Assembly: GCA_029861845.1 (NCBI GenBank)
Contig: JAOTYM010000006.1
Coordinates: forward strand, 2,710-66,709
DNA: 64,000 nucleotides
Direction of reading: 5' to 3'
Origin: Gammaproteobacteria bacterium
Lineage (GTDB): Bacteria; Pseudomonadota; Gammaproteobacteria; Acidiferrobacterales; SPGG2
The notes under the pieces were generated by a model. It had not been told where the DNA came from. It was given only the letters and a program-made list of their open reading frames with translations, and ran no database searches. The translations under genes were made by a program, and so were the position numbers. Shown piece by piece: positions 24,056-34,806 of the stretch. Each line of letters starts with the position of its first letter. Position 1 is the stretch's first letter.

Positions 24056-24664
24056 CTAGATACGCAGAGCGATCACCAGGTCATCAAATACCATATCGGC
24101 GTAGACGCGATTCCCGTCAGCACTCAGATGTATTTGATCCTCGGTGAGGAATGTACCTAGATCTACTTGCCGTTGCGTCATCATCGATGGTAAGTCTATG
24201 CACGATGTCTGCAACTCCTCGGCTATCTGTCCGATGGCAATATTGTAAGGTTCAACGTTGTCTTTATAGCTTTGTCCATTCCCTTGCTCGCCGGGTACGG
24301 CGCCGATGGTATGATTGATGATGAATACACTTCGCCCTTGACACGCGATAATGATGCGATGAAATTCGCACAGATTCTTCTTGAACTCATCTATTCCAAC
24401 CCGGGGTACTACCGCCCAATCCCGCACATTGGCATCATTGAATCCAAACTGTATCAATACCAAACCGGGTAACACTGGCAATAGGTCTTCATCCAAACGA
24501 TCAAAGCCCTGGGCCGAGGTATGGCCACCGATGCCTAGGTTGTGCACCTTGAACCCGTCGGACTTCCACTCATCTAGCTGAGACTGCAACACTGTCGGCC
24601 ATCTATCTGTTGGTGCAACTTCCGCCGCTTCAGTGATGGAATCTCCAAAACAGATAATATTCAT
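24056..24664 (-). CDS. SGNH/GDSL-family hydrolase
   Basis: 'MNIICFGDSITE' is the GDS block I. Also present: 'GGHTSAQG', 'FGFNDA', and the C-terminal 'D..H' region ('DQIHLSADGN'). Confidence 0.8.
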   Translation of the reverse strand: MNIICFGDSITEAAEVAPTDRWPTVLQSQLDEWKSDGFKVHNLGIGGHTSAQGFDRLDEDLLPVLPGLVLIQFGFNDANVRDWAVVPRVGIDEFKKNLCEFHRIIIACQGRSVFIINHTIGAVPGEQGNGQSYKDNVEPYNIAIGQIAEELQTSCIDLPSMMTQRQVDLGTFLTEDQIHLSADGNRVYADMVFDDLVIALRI

Positions 24665-24682
24665 GGTCTGGATCAGGCTATG

Positions 24683-25837
24683 CTAGCGCTTCAAATCCGT
24701 CGCCCGTCGCAACGCGGTCTGGCCGAAACGATCCTTTATGGAATCGGTAATCGTATCGATTTGTCCCTGCTTCTCGCGTTCGGACTGTTCGAAAAGGCTG
24801 ACCTGTCCTGATTCGTCCGCAAAACCACTTACGCCTATTCCTAGAAGACGTACGCCGCGATACTTGGCGGAAAGATTCTGTTCCAACAACGCTGCCGCCA
24901 CACACCATATTTCTTGGGTTATGTGCGTCGGCTCTGAGAGCGTATGCGCTCGAGTTATAGTTCGAAAATCTGCAAAACGAATCTTTATTTGCACGGTCCG
25001 GCCATACAGTTGGTGGCGTCGTAATCGCCGACTCACTTGTTCAGTGAGTTCTAAGAGCCACGATCGTAACGTCTCCGTGTCAGTGATATCTACATCAAAA
25101 GTAGTTTCGTGTGATATTGACTTGGCTTCACTATCAGGTATAACAGCGCGATCATCGATCCCATGCGCAAGTCGCCAGAGGTGAGCTCCCACTTTGCCGA
25201 AGAGTTTCTGTAGTTCCGCTTGTGACAGCTGACGTAATGCACCGATCGTATGCACACCGCGCTTGTGTAATGTTTTCTGGGAAACCTTGCCAATCCCCCA
25301 GAGACGACTGACTGGAAGCGGATCGAGAAAGTCTTGCACGTGATCAGGATCAACCACCAGGAAGCCATCAGGCTTATCTAAATCGCTTGCGATTTTTGCA
25401 AGGAACTTATTCGGCGCCACACCAACGGACGCGACTAGGTTTAGGGTCTCCGCGATCTCGATCTTGATTTCGCGGCCGATCTGCGCAGACGAACCGAATA
25501 GGGCTTCACTCGCCTTAACATCAAGGAACGCCTCATCCAGAGAGAGCGGCTCGACTAATGGGGTATAACGGTGAAATACTTCTCGAATCTGATGCGATAT
25601 CTTCGCGTAATAGCTATGTCTTGCCGGCAGCACGACAGCATGCGGACACAGGCGCCGCGCGGTTGCGGCCGGCATGGCGCTATGTACACCATACTTGCGA
25701 ACCTCATAGTTGGCCGCGGCGACCACCCCTCTACCCTCGGGTGTGCCACCAACAATGACGGGTTTGCCCACCAGTTCGGGTCGGTCACGCTCCTCGACCG
25801 AACAATAGAAGGCATCCATATCGATGTGAAGAATCAT
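24683..25837 (-). CDS. dinB: DNA polymerase IV (Y-family)
   Basis: 'MILHIDMDAFYCSVEERDRPEL..KPVIVGG' and 'SLDEAFLDV' are canonical DinB motifs. Confidence 0.92.
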   Translation of the reverse strand: MILHIDMDAFYCSVEERDRPELVGKPVIVGGTPEGRGVVAAANYEVRKYGVHSAMPAATARRLCPHAVVLPARHSYYAKISHQIREVFHRYTPLVEPLSLDEAFLDVKASEALFGSSAQIGREIKIEIAETLNLVASVGVAPNKFLAKIASDLDKPDGFLVVDPDHVQDFLDPLPVSRLWGIGKVSQKTLHKRGVHTIGALRQLSQAELQKLFGKVGAHLWRLAHGIDDRAVIPDSEAKSISHETTFDVDITDTETLRSWLLELTEQVSRRLRRHQLYGRTVQIKIRFADFRTITRAHTLSEPTHITQEIWCVAAALLEQNLSAKYRGVRLLGIGVSGFADESGQVSLFEQSEREKQGQIDTITDSIKDRFGQTALRRATDLKR

Positions 25838-26083
25838 GCAGCACTCGTGATCTGGAGAATAACGGCTATGGTACCAACCTCAATGCAATCGCGTCTTGGC
25901 CGAGATCATTGTGATGTTAATTCAACGGAGTGATTCTTGCGTCCATTGCCATAGTGGGTATCGCGTTTGCCCGGTTTTTCAATGCCTTATTCCGCCCAAG
26001 CGCGTGCCGCTGGACTTGTATCCCCGTTCTTGGATAAATTGCATCGGAATAAGCGAGTATTGAATTGACGGAGGATAAACGAG

Positions 26084-27109
26084 ATGAACAGACAAGGGCT
26101 TGAAAGTACCGCCAAGGCGATGGTCGCGGCTGGAAAAGGCATCCTCGCCATGGACGAGAGCGCGCCTACATGCAAGAAACGATTCCAAGCGCTGGGCATC
26201 GAATCGACAGAGGAAAATCGGCGCACATACCGAGATCTGTTGGTGACGACAGAGGGGCTATCACAATTCATCAGCGGTGCCATTCTTTTTGATGAAACGA
26301 TTAGGCAAAAGGTAAGTAATGGCATGCTGTTTCCCGACCATATGACCAAGGTTGGGATCATACCGGGCATTAAGGTCGATACCGGTGCCAAGGACCTCGC
26401 TGGCTTCCCGGGCGAGAAAGTGACCGAAGGGTTAGATGGTCTGCGCGAGCGGCTGGCGGAATACGTGGGCATGGGTGCACGTTTCACCAAGTGGCGCGCT
26501 GTAATCACCATTGGTGATGGCATGCCCAGTCAAGGGTGTATCGACGCGAACGCACATGCACTGGCGAGATATGCGGCGCTGGCGCAGGAAGCCGGCATGG
26601 TACCGATCGTCGAGCCGGAAGTACTCATAGACGGGAGCCATACGATTGCGCAGTGCTATGACGCAACGCATAGTACATTGCGTGCTGTCTTTCGGGAGCT
26701 TGCCGGTCAACGTGTGTACCTTCCTGGGATGGTTCTCAAGGCGAGCATGGTGATCTCAGGATTAGAGTGTGCCGATCGTGCTGGTATCAGCGAGGTCGCC
26801 GACCACACCGTGCGCTGTCTGCTCGACACGGTACCAGCAGATGTCCAAGGCGTGGCATTTTTGTCCGGTGGTCAGAGCAACGAAGAGGCCACGGCCCATC
26901 TAAACGCCATGCACAACCTCGGCAAAGACCTACCGTGGCCGCTGACCTTCTCGTATGCCCGCGCCTTGCAGCAGCGGCCAATGGAGATATGGCGGGGCGA
27001 TGGCGCCAATACCGCGGCAGCACAAGCGGCGCTTTATCATCGAGCTAAGCTCAATGGTGCGGCTTCGTTGGGCAATTACGACGAGGGCATGGAAAAACAA
27101 GCGGCCTAG
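26084..27109 (+). CDS. fba: Fructose-bisphosphate aldolase, class I
   Basis: 341 aa. 'GKGILAMDESAPTCKKRF', 'GIKVDTG', 'VEPEVL' and 'MVLKASMV' (Schiff-base Lys context) are class I FBA signatures. Confidence 0.9.
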   Translation: MNRQGLESTAKAMVAAGKGILAMDESAPTCKKRFQALGIESTEENRRTYRDLLVTTEGLSQFISGAILFDETIRQKVSNGMLFPDHMTKVGIIPGIKVDTGAKDLAGFPGEKVTEGLDGLRERLAEYVGMGARFTKWRAVITIGDGMPSQGCIDANAHALARYAALAQEAGMVPIVEPEVLIDGSHTIAQCYDATHSTLRAVFRELAGQRVYLPGMVLKASMVISGLECADRAGISEVADHTVRCLLDTVPADVQGVAFLSGGQSNEEATAHLNAMHNLGKDLPWPLTFSYARALQQRPMEIWRGDGANTAAAQAALYHRAKLNGAASLGNYDEGMEKQAA

Positions 27110-27134
27110 CCTCTAGGGCCCGTGCTTAGTGAGT

Positions 27135-27168
27135 ACTCTGCCTGATTGCCAGGCAGAGTTCTTTTCTT
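27135..27168 (+). terminator. Rho-independent terminator after fba
   Basis: Perfect 10-bp stem ACTCTGCCTG / CAGGCAGAGT with a 5-nt loop, followed by TCTTTTCTT. Confidence 0.85.
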
Positions 27169-27175
27169 GCGGCTG

Positions 27176-28618
27176 CTAGTTCTTATTCGGCAACGTACCG
27201 ACGCGCACGATACGCATACTGTTAGTGCCGCCCGGCGCCTGTAGCGGCTCGCCGATGGTAAGGATCACCAGATCAGCTTCACGCACAGCGCCAAGACTGC
27301 GTAAGGTATCGACCGCCTGTCTCATGATTTGTGCTGGATCGGTACCCGGGAGAACGAAGCTAACGGGATAGACACCCCGAAAGAGAGCGACTTTTCTACA
27401 CGTTTGTTCGTGCGGCGTCATCGCATATATCGGAACGGCCGAACTAACACGTGACATCCAAAGTGCAGTGGCGCCCGACTCGGTCAGCGCCGCTATCGCC
27501 CGCACCGGCATGTGGTTGGCGCTATACATAACTGCCATGGCAATCGCTTCGTCCACGCGCTCAAACGCGATATCGCGACGCTCGCGTGACCATCTTGTTT
27601 CATGCTGTTTTTCGGTTTCACGACAAACGCGATCCATAGCTGATACCGCCGCCACCGGATGGTTTCCAATCGCAGTTTCGGCTGACAGCATCACCGCATC
27701 GGTACCATCCAAAACAGCGTTGGCGACATCGGAAACTTCGGCCCGGGTTGGAATCGCGCTCTTGATCATCGACTCCATCATTTGGGTAGCCGTAATAGCA
27801 ACCTTGTTACACTCACGAGTACGCTTAATGATTCGCTTTTGGATGGGTGGTAATGCAGCATCACCGATTTCCACGCCAAGATCGCCACGTGCAATCATGA
27901 TTGCATCGGTGGCCTCGATGATTTCATCGATCGCATCGACTGCTTCGGCGCGCTCGATCTTTGCAACCACACCACCGCTTGCACCGGCACCATGAAACAA
28001 TTCGCGCGCTTCATTGACATCCGCCGCCGAGCGTATGAATGAGACGCCCAGGTAATCGGCTTCGATCTCGGCCGCGGTAATAATGTCGGCTCTGTCTTTC
28101 TCGCTAAGTACTTCGGCCGATAGCCCACCGCCCTGCAGGTTGATTCCCTTAGAGTCTGCAAGCTCACCGCCGTTGACAACACGACAACACACTTCCAAGC
28201 CGCGTACCTGATCTACCCATAGCACGATGTGGCCGTCATCTAGCAGCAGCGTCGTGCCACGGCGAACATCTTCGACCAACCCCTTGTAGGTGATACCGAC
28301 CCGCTCCCCGGTGCCCTGATCTAACGGCAGCTCCGCATCAAGGATAAAGTTGTCACCCTCTTGCAGGTCGATACTGCCGTCCCTAAACCGGCCGATACGA
28401 ACCTTTGGACCTTGAAGGTCAACCAATACCCCAACGTGGCGCTTGTGGGACTGCGCGCATTTACGTACAGCTTGAGCGCGTCGGCGCTGGATTTCGGCAC
28501 CACCGTGCGAGAAATTTAGACGAACAACATCGACCCCCGCTTCAATGAGCTTACCAAGAACCGCTGGGTCGTCGGTAGCCGGACCCAAGGTGGCAATAAT
28601 CTTAGTTTGGCGAAGCAC
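27176..28618 (-). CDS. pyk: Pyruvate kinase
   Basis: 'RQTKIIATLGPATDD', 'NFSHG' and 'MVARGDLGVEI'-like 'MIARGDLGVEI' motifs. The track ORF starts at TTG 28690. By homology to the usual 'M.R.TKI.ATLGP' N-terminus I prefer GTG 28618, but the start is uncertain. Confidence 0.9.
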   Translation of the reverse strand: MLRQTKIIATLGPATDDPAVLGKLIEAGVDVVRLNFSHGGAEIQRRRAQAVRKCAQSHKRHVGVLVDLQGPKVRIGRFRDGSIDLQEGDNFILDAELPLDQGTGERVGITYKGLVEDVRRGTTLLLDDGHIVLWVDQVRGLEVCCRVVNGGELADSKGINLQGGGLSAEVLSEKDRADIITAAEIEADYLGVSFIRSAADVNEARELFHGAGASGGVVAKIERAEAVDAIDEIIEATDAIMIARGDLGVEIGDAALPPIQKRIIKRTRECNKVAITATQMMESMIKSAIPTRAEVSDVANAVLDGTDAVMLSAETAIGNHPVAAVSAMDRVCRETEKQHETRWSRERRDIAFERVDEAIAMAVMYSANHMPVRAIAALTESGATALWMSRVSSAVPIYAMTPHEQTCRKVALFRGVYPVSFVLPGTDPAQIMRQAVDTLRSLGAVREADLVILTIGEPLQAPGGTNSMRIVRVGTLPNKN

Positions 28619-28708
28619 TACGGTGGCAAATGTGAAGTTACAAGCTACAGGTTGCAAGTAGACCCTAGTCTCAGTAGCTTTCCCTTGCAACTCGTCACTT
28701 GCATCTTG

Positions 28709-29887
28709 CTACTGTTTGGCTCTTTCTTCCAGCATCGCCACAGCCGGCAACGTCTTGCCCTCCAAGAACTCTAGAAAGGCACCGCCGCCGGTGGAGATGT
28801 AGGAGATCTTGTCGGCGATCTTGTACTTGGCGATGGCCGCCAACGTGTCCCCGCCACCGGCAATGGAAAACGCAGCGCTTTCGGCGATCGCCTGTGATAG
28901 ACGCCGGGTACCACCACTGAACGGTTCGAATTCGAAGACGCCGACCGGCCCGTTCCAGACGATGGTACCCGCCACCTTTAGAATTTCGGCGAAGCGCTCG
29001 GCGGTCTGGGGGCCAATATCGAGAATCAAGTCGTCACCGGCTACGGCGCTGACTGATTTCAGTTCGGCCGGCGAATCTTCCGAAAACTCCTTACCGCAGA
29101 TGACGTCTACCGGCACTGGAATCTCTATGCCTCGCGCCTTCGCTTTCTGGCTAAGCCGTTTGGCTTCGCCCACAAGATCGGGCTCGTATAAAGACTTACC
29201 CACTTCATGGCCAGCCGCCGCGATGAATGTGTTGGCGATGCCGCCGCCGACGATCAACTGATCGACCTTCTGTGAAAGCGCGTCTAGCACATTTAACTTT
29301 GTAGAAACCTTGGAGCCTCCGACTATCGCGACTATCGGTGGTACTGGGTTATGTAGCGCCTTCGCAAGCGCCTCGAGCTCCGCTACCAACAGCGGCCCAG
29401 CACATGCGATGGGCGCGTACTTGGCCACCCCATGTGTCGAGGCCTGCGCTCGATGTGCAGTGCCGAAAGCATCCATGACGAATACATCACACAGTGCCGC
29501 CAGCTGTTTGCTCAAGGCCTCGTCATTCTTGTTCTCGCCTTTATTGAAACGCACGTTTTCACATAACACGAGGTCGTCGTCCGACGAAATTGCGCCACTC
29601 AACCAATCCTTTATCAATCGCACGGGCCGACCGAGCAACTGTGATAGGGCATCGGTCACCGGCCGCAGAGAAAACTGATCATCATAAGTACCTTCCTGAG
29701 GACGGCCAAGATGCGACATGAGCATGACACGGGCACCAGCGTTAAGCGCGTGCTGAATGGTCGGTAGGGTAGCACGGATACGAGTGTCGTCGGCCACGTC
29801 CCCGTCTTTGAGCGGTACATTTAGATCCGCGCGGATCAGCACGCGCTTACCCGCGAGATCAAGATCAGTCATTTTTACTACTGCCAT
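28709..29887 (-). CDS. pgk: Phosphoglycerate kinase
   Basis: 392 aa. '[12 protein letters not shown]', 'SHLGRP' and '[14 protein letters not shown]' motifs. Confidence 0.95.
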   Translation of the reverse strand: MAVVKMTDLDLAGKRVLIRADLNVPLKDGDVADDTRIRATLPTIQHALNAGARVMLMSHLGRPQEGTYDDQFSLRPVTDALSQLLGRPVRLIKDWLSGAISSDDDLVLCENVRFNKGENKNDEALSKQLAALCDVFVMDAFGTAHRAQASTHGVAKYAPIACAGPLLVAELEALAKALHNPVPPIVAIVGGSKVSTKLNVLDALSQKVDQLIVGGGIANTFIAAAGHEVGKSLYEPDLVGEAKRLSQKAKARGIEIPVPVDVICGKEFSEDSPAELKSVSAVAGDDLILDIGPQTAERFAEILKVAGTIVWNGPVGVFEFEPFSGGTRRLSQAIAESAAFSIAGGGDTLAAIAKYKIADKISYISTGGGAFLEFLEGKTLPAVAMLEERAKQ

Positions 29888-30028
29888 TGGGAGCTGCCTC
29901 GGCTAAGCAGAATTTACAATAAAGCAGACTGAGGGTGCCGCACTCATCTCGAGCAGCAAGTTGCAAGCGTAAAGAAAAACAAACCTCTTCGTTACTTGCT
30001 ATTTCACACTTTCTGCTTTCTACTGCAA

Positions 30029-31042
30029 TTAAGACGCATTCATCAATGCAACTGTCGCATCGAGCATGCGGTTGGAAAAGCCCCACTCGTTATCATACCA
30101 AGCCAAAACCTTAACCAGCTTACCGTCGATAACCTTGGTCAAACCGGCATCATACGTAGCTGACACGGCACTATGGTTAAAGTCCATGGAGACCAATGGT
30201 TGATCGTTGTAATCGAGAATCCCTTTGAGCTCTGCCTCGGACGCCTGTTTCATGATCGCGTCGATCTCTTGTTTGTCGGTTTCTCGTCTAGCAACGAACG
30301 TAAGATCGACAACCGACACATTGACGGTGGGCACGCGCATCGCAAAACCATCGAGCTTACCGCTGAGCTCCGGCAGCACCAGACCGACGGCAGCCGCGGC
30401 ACCCGTTTTCGTCGGGATCTGCGACAGAGTCGCCGACCGCGCCCGGCGTAGATCAGAATGGTATACGTCGGTAAGCACTTGATCGTTGGTATAGGCGTGG
30501 ATGGTAGTCATAAGACCACGTTCGACACCTATCTTTTCATGCAACGGTTTAACCAACGGCGCCAAACAGTTGGTGGTGCAAGATGCGTTGGAGATCACCG
30601 TGTCCGATCCCTTGAGGATATTGTGATTCACGCCATAGACGATGGTGGCATCTACGTCCTTACCGCCGGGAGCGGATATAATTACCTTTTTGGCGCCTCC
30701 CTTTAAGTGTGCACTCGCCTTTTCCTTGCTGTTAAAAAGTCCGGTGCACTCCATCACCAAATCCACGCCTAGGTCGCCCCACGGCAGCTTGGACGGGTCA
30801 CGCTCGGACAGCACGCGAATCTTGTCACCATCGACCACAAGATAGTCGCCATCGACCTGTACCTCAGTACTGAATTTCCCATGCACGCTATCATATCGAG
30901 TTAGATGGGCGTTGGTCTCACAGTTACCAAGATCATTGAGTGCGACAATTTCGATTTCATCGGTGCGTCCAGCTTCGTACAGGGAACGCAACACATTGCG
31001 CCCAATTCGACCGTAACCATTAATACCAACCTTGATTGCCAT
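30029..31042 (-). CDS. gap: Glyceraldehyde-3-phosphate dehydrogenase (type I)
   Basis: '[13 protein letters not shown]' and the '[12 protein letters not shown]' active site, plus 'WYDNEWGFS'. Confidence 0.95.
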   Translation of the reverse strand: MAIKVGINGYGRIGRNVLRSLYEAGRTDEIEIVALNDLGNCETNAHLTRYDSVHGKFSTEVQVDGDYLVVDGDKIRVLSERDPSKLPWGDLGVDLVMECTGLFNSKEKASAHLKGGAKKVIISAPGGKDVDATIVYGVNHNILKGSDTVISNASCTTNCLAPLVKPLHEKIGVERGLMTTIHAYTNDQVLTDVYHSDLRRARSATLSQIPTKTGAAAAVGLVLPELSGKLDGFAMRVPTVNVSVVDLTFVARRETDKQEIDAIMKQASEAELKGILDYNDQPLVSMDFNHSAVSATYDAGLTKVIDGKLVKVLAWYDNEWGFSNRMLDATVALMNAS

Positions 31043-31071
31043 AACTAAGTCTCCGAATTCTGGGTCATTAC

Positions 31072-33114
31072 TCAGGTGGCTTTCGAGCCACGCGTCACTA
31101 ATTCTTCTGTCGTCTGCGCTACGTTCGCCCCCGTAATCCCGAACTGCTCCATTAAGGTATCGCCAGGGGCTGACTCGCCGAAACGATTAATCCCGACTAC
31201 CGTGCCGTTCAAACCGACATACTTGAGCCAATAATCGGTCACACCCGCCTCCACCGCTACGCGCGTGCTAACGGCTGACGGCAAAACCGCTTCTCGGTAA
31301 TCTGCACGCTGAGCATCGAATACCTGCGTACATGGCATGGACACCACACGTGCGCTTATGCCTTTCTCTTTCAAAAGTTTTTGCGCTTCCATGGCTACCC
31401 CGACCTCGGAGCCGGTGGCCATGATAATCGCATCCAGTGTAGCGCCATCAGATTCACTAAGCACGTAGCCGCCACGGGCGATGTTAGAAATAGCCTTGTC
31501 ATCACGTGGTTGGCAGGCTAGCCCTTGTCGTGTGAATACGAGGCTGCTTGGTCCATCGCTTCTTTCGATCGCCGCCTTCCACGCCATCGCCGATTCGACA
31601 ACGTCGCACGGGCGCCATAACACCATGTTAGGGATCATGCGTAATGACGCGAGATGCTCTATCGGTTGGTGGGTCGGTCCGTCTTCGCCAAGGGCGATAG
31701 AATCGTGGGTGTAAACAAAAATACTATGTGCCGGCATCAGCGCCGACATACGCACCGCGTTACGGGCATAATCCGAAAACACCAAAAATGTCCCGCCATA
31801 AGGAATAAACCCGCCATGTAGGGCGAGGCCATTGAGAATCGCCGACATCGCAAATTCACGTACGCCGAAGTAGATATAGTTGCCGCCGGCCTCGGTCGCG
31901 CTAATGGCCTGCGAGTCTGACCAATTGGTATTGTTTGAACCAGTTAAGTCAGCCGAGCCACCGATTAACTCCGGCAGTAGTGGACCATAACCGTTGAGTG
32001 CCGCCTGTGACGCCTTGCGGGTGGCCATGGTTTCCCCTTTGGCAGCGACCTCACGGATGAATGCTTGCGATTTCTCATCCCAGTCGGCCGGTAAATCACC
32101 GTTGATACGACGTTCGAGCTCGGCCGCGAGATCGGGGTATTGTTGTCTGTAGGCGGCGATTTTGGCGTTCCACTGCTGTTCGTTTTCCGCGCCTTTGGCC
32201 TTCGCGTCCCAACCGGCATAGATCTCCGGTGGAATAACAAACGGCGGGTACTTCCAACCCAAGTGGTCACGTGTCGCCGCGACCTCTTCGTCACCCAATG
32301 CCGCACCGTGCGCGGTGTGTGTACCCGCGAGATTCGGGGCACCGTACGCAATTACCGTCTTGCAGCAGATGAGACTCGGCTTGGCGTGCACCGAGCGCGC
32401 CTCTACGATCGCCCTGTCTACCGCCTCAGCCCTATGGCCATCGACGTTGGCGATCACGTGCCAGCCATACGCCTCGAACCGCTTGGGCGTGTCGTCGGTA
32501 AACCATCCCTCGACCTTTCCATCGATGGAGATACCGTTGTCGTCATAGAAGATGATCAGCTTACCGAGACCGAGCGTACCCGCCAGCGAACAGGCCTCGT
32601 GTGAAATGCCTTCCATCAGGCAACCGTCGCCGGCAAACACATAGGTAAAATGATCTATGACTTCGTGGCCTTCACGGTTGAATCGGCTTGCCATTGTCCT
32701 TTCCGCAATCGCCATGCCCACCGCGTTGGCGATACCCTGGCCCAGCGGGCCGGTGGTGGTTTCGACTCCAGGTGTAAGTCCATACTCGGGGTGCCCGGGG
32801 GTCTTGGAATGAAGTTGCCGAAAATTCTTGATTTCATCCATGGACAAGTCATAGCCGGATAGATGCAGCAGGCTATAGAGCAACATCGACCCATGCCCAT
32901 TGGAGATGACAAAGCGATCGCGATCGAACCACTGAGGATTCCCGGGATTGTGCCGTAGATAGTCACTCCAAAGCACTTGTGCCAGGTCCGCCATACCCAT
33001 GGGCATGCCCGGATGTCCGGAGTTGGCCTTTTGCACCGCGTCCATGCTCAACGCCCTAATGGCATTGGCAAGCTCGCGACGATCAGATATCGCCTGTTCT
33101 GGTTTCGCTGACAT
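31072..33114 (-). CDS. tkt: Transketolase
   Basis: 680 aa. '[13 protein letters not shown]', '[13 protein letters not shown]' and '[20 protein letters not shown]' motifs. Confidence 0.95.
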   Translation of the reverse strand: MSAKPEQAISDRRELANAIRALSMDAVQKANSGHPGMPMGMADLAQVLWSDYLRHNPGNPQWFDRDRFVISNGHGSMLLYSLLHLSGYDLSMDEIKNFRQLHSKTPGHPEYGLTPGVETTTGPLGQGIANAVGMAIAERTMASRFNREGHEVIDHFTYVFAGDGCLMEGISHEACSLAGTLGLGKLIIFYDDNGISIDGKVEGWFTDDTPKRFEAYGWHVIANVDGHRAEAVDRAIVEARSVHAKPSLICCKTVIAYGAPNLAGTHTAHGAALGDEEVAATRDHLGWKYPPFVIPPEIYAGWDAKAKGAENEQQWNAKIAAYRQQYPDLAAELERRINGDLPADWDEKSQAFIREVAAKGETMATRKASQAALNGYGPLLPELIGGSADLTGSNNTNWSDSQAISATEAGGNYIYFGVREFAMSAILNGLALHGGFIPYGGTFLVFSDYARNAVRMSALMPAHSIFVYTHDSIALGEDGPTHQPIEHLASLRMIPNMVLWRPCDVVESAMAWKAAIERSDGPSSLVFTRQGLACQPRDDKAISNIARGGYVLSESDGATLDAIIMATGSEVGVAMEAQKLLKEKGISARVVSMPCTQVFDAQRADYREAVLPSAVSTRVAVEAGVTDYWLKYVGLNGTVVGINRFGESAPGDTLMEQFGITGANVAQTTEELVTRGSKAT

Positions 33115-33479
33115 CGGAGAGCCCTCGGTTAACGGCTCGTCGGATTCTAGTTATCTCGCGCATACGGCGCCAGACGGTCCGGATCGGGCCAAGTTTAGCC
33201 AATCTCGCAACAAAAACCCTTGGCACCGCGACACCCATTTTCACCAAGGGATTATCAACTAGTCATTACTAGCAACGACTCACGGCCACTTGCGCCCACG
33301 GTGGTGGTGACTCACACATACCTATTTTCGCTCAGGGCGTGGGTAGCAGCAATAGGGCCTCGCCTATGCGAGTTTCGGCCATCCCGGTACGCGGCAGCGG
33401 CCCTCACTCAGGCCAAAACCGGCCGCACAGAGCGTGGCTTGGGTCTCTGCCCAGCTGGGAATCGAGGTTTGACGTGTAG

Positions 33480-33842
33480 CATGAGCCGTCATTCAAGTAT
33501 CTTGCAACGACAACTCGTAGCACAGAGCAAAACAAGGTGCTGTCAAATCACATGGCAAAAGCATATCGACGTTTCGAAGACCACCCACACGTTGGTCAGG
33601 TGCGTCAAACCGGTATGATTCTGGCGATCGAGATAGTGGCCGATAAGTCCAGTCGAACGAATTATCCCTGGCAGCAACGGCGCGGCCTTAGAGTGTATGG
33701 CTATGGCCTGGCCAACGGTGCACTACTACAACCACTGGGCGATGTTATTTATTTCATGCCGCCCTACGTAATCAGTCTTGATGAAATCGATCAGCTAGCG
33801 CAAATAGCGTGGCACCGGATCAATATTGCCACCGCAGACTAA
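33480..33842 (+). pseudogene. bioA: C-terminal remnant of adenosylmethionine-8-amino-7-oxononanoate aminotransferase (BioA)
   Basis: 'HPHVGQVRQTGMILAIEIVADKSSRTNYPWQQRRGLRVYGYGLANGALLQPLGDVIYFMPPYVISLDEIDQLA' matches only the last ~100 residues of a ~430-aa BioA. The frame is closed by TAG at 33477. No intact N-terminal part is present upstream. Confidence 0.75.
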
Positions 33843-33854
33843 CGTAAACAGCGC

Positions 33855-34313
33855 TTACGGATAGAACATGGTCTCTAGGGCACCCATATCCGGTATAAGC
33901 AGCGTTTTGTCCCTCAGTTTCACCGTTGCCGCTACGTAGTCACTCTCCACTGCGCCGGCCGTATTGGGAACAAGATCGGTGTTGTTATCGATGACGTGAG
34001 GTTGTGGTTCGCGCGTGCTAAGGACACCAAAGAAATCCCCATGGTTCGCACCCGGCAATGGATAGAACACGATAATCTTGGAACGCGGCCCAGGCATGGT
34101 AATGGTACCCGCCAACAATGCCTCAAACGAAATCACTACCACCGCCTTTGTTCGCCAGCCGGTGACTCCCAATGCCCACGGCTGCGCCAGGGGTAATGGG
34201 CTCAGCGCCCCAACATTGATGACTTCGGCGATGGTCGCACTCGGCACCAACAGTGGGAGTCTGTCGGTTGGGATTTCGATCAAATGAATGCTTTGCTGAG
34301 CATGGGCCGCCAC
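33855..34313 (-). CDS. CheW-like coupling protein (ChpC-like)
   Basis: 152 aa. 'LLVPSATIAEVI' and 'GVTGWRTKAVVVISFEALL' fit a CheW-domain pattern. It is the last gene of the Pil-Chp cluster. Confidence 0.65.
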   Translation of the reverse strand: MAAHAQQSIHLIEIPTDRLPLLVPSATIAEVINVGALSPLPLAQPWALGVTGWRTKAVVVISFEALLAGTITMPGPRSKIIVFYPLPGANHGDFFGVLSTREPQPHVIDNNTDLVPNTAGAVESDYVAATVKLRDKTLLIPDMGALETMFYP

Positions 34314-34318
34314 GTCGA

Positions 34319-34759
34319 TTAGCCTCCCAAGTTGTGCAGAAACGTTGCTAACACCTTAGGATCAAAAACCAGGATGGCCTGTGACCCACGCACCCAAGCG
34401 CCAGAGAACAGGTGGCCCGCCGCTGTAACAGGCGGGCCTAATGGTCTGAATGGTATGATCTGCGCTTCCCCGTCAGGGAGCAATTGCACGTGATCAGCAA
34501 TCAAACCTACCGGCGTCGGCTGCGCCTCGAAGAACATAGCCCGCTGCCAATCGTCACGCTGCGCGACCTTGAAATCTTGATCGAGGCAGTAGGCCGGCCA
34601 CCGTGTGCCATCGTGCGACCGCCACGCACATACGTGCCCGGTTCCGGTGTTGTTTATCTCTAGGTTATCGCGTTGATCGATGGCGACATTCACAGCGCCG
34701 GATATTAAATAATACGCGCCGCTGAGACTGAAACGCAGATATTGATTGGAATCTCTCAA
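34319..34759 (-). CDS. Second CheW-like domain protein
   Basis: 146 aa with a TTG start. 'YLRFSLSGAYYLISGAVNVAI' resembles the CheW N-terminal strand pattern. It is weakly conserved and lies immediately downstream of chpA. Confidence 0.5.
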   Translation of the reverse strand: MRDSNQYLRFSLSGAYYLISGAVNVAIDQRDNLEINNTGTGHVCAWRSHDGTRWPAYCLDQDFKVAQRDDWQRAMFFEAQPTPVGLIADHVQLLPDGEAQIIPFRPLGPPVTAAGHLFSGAWVRGSQAILVFDPKVLATFLHNLGG

Positions 34760-34806
34760 GTTCCTATCCCCGATCTAAGTGTTAAACCCCGAACAAGTCG
34801 TAGGCG

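Noticed and set aside
25987-26523. 178-aa minus-strand ORF.
   Set aside because: It is antisense to the strongly supported class I fructose-bisphosphate aldolase gene and has no recognisable features.
26084-33114. The glycolytic/pentose-phosphate cluster (tkt-gap-pgk-pyk with convergent class I fba), considered as something unusual.
   Set aside because: This clustering is common in proteobacteria. The opposite orientation of fba and a shared terminator region are unremarkable.
33115-33479. Possible structured ncRNA or riboswitch in the long gap upstream of tkt.
   Set aside because: I could not recognise any known RNA signature (6S, RNase P, tmRNA, SRP, common riboswitch cores) or a convincing extended pairing scheme. 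The gap is more simply explained as decayed bioA sequence plus the tkt promoter.
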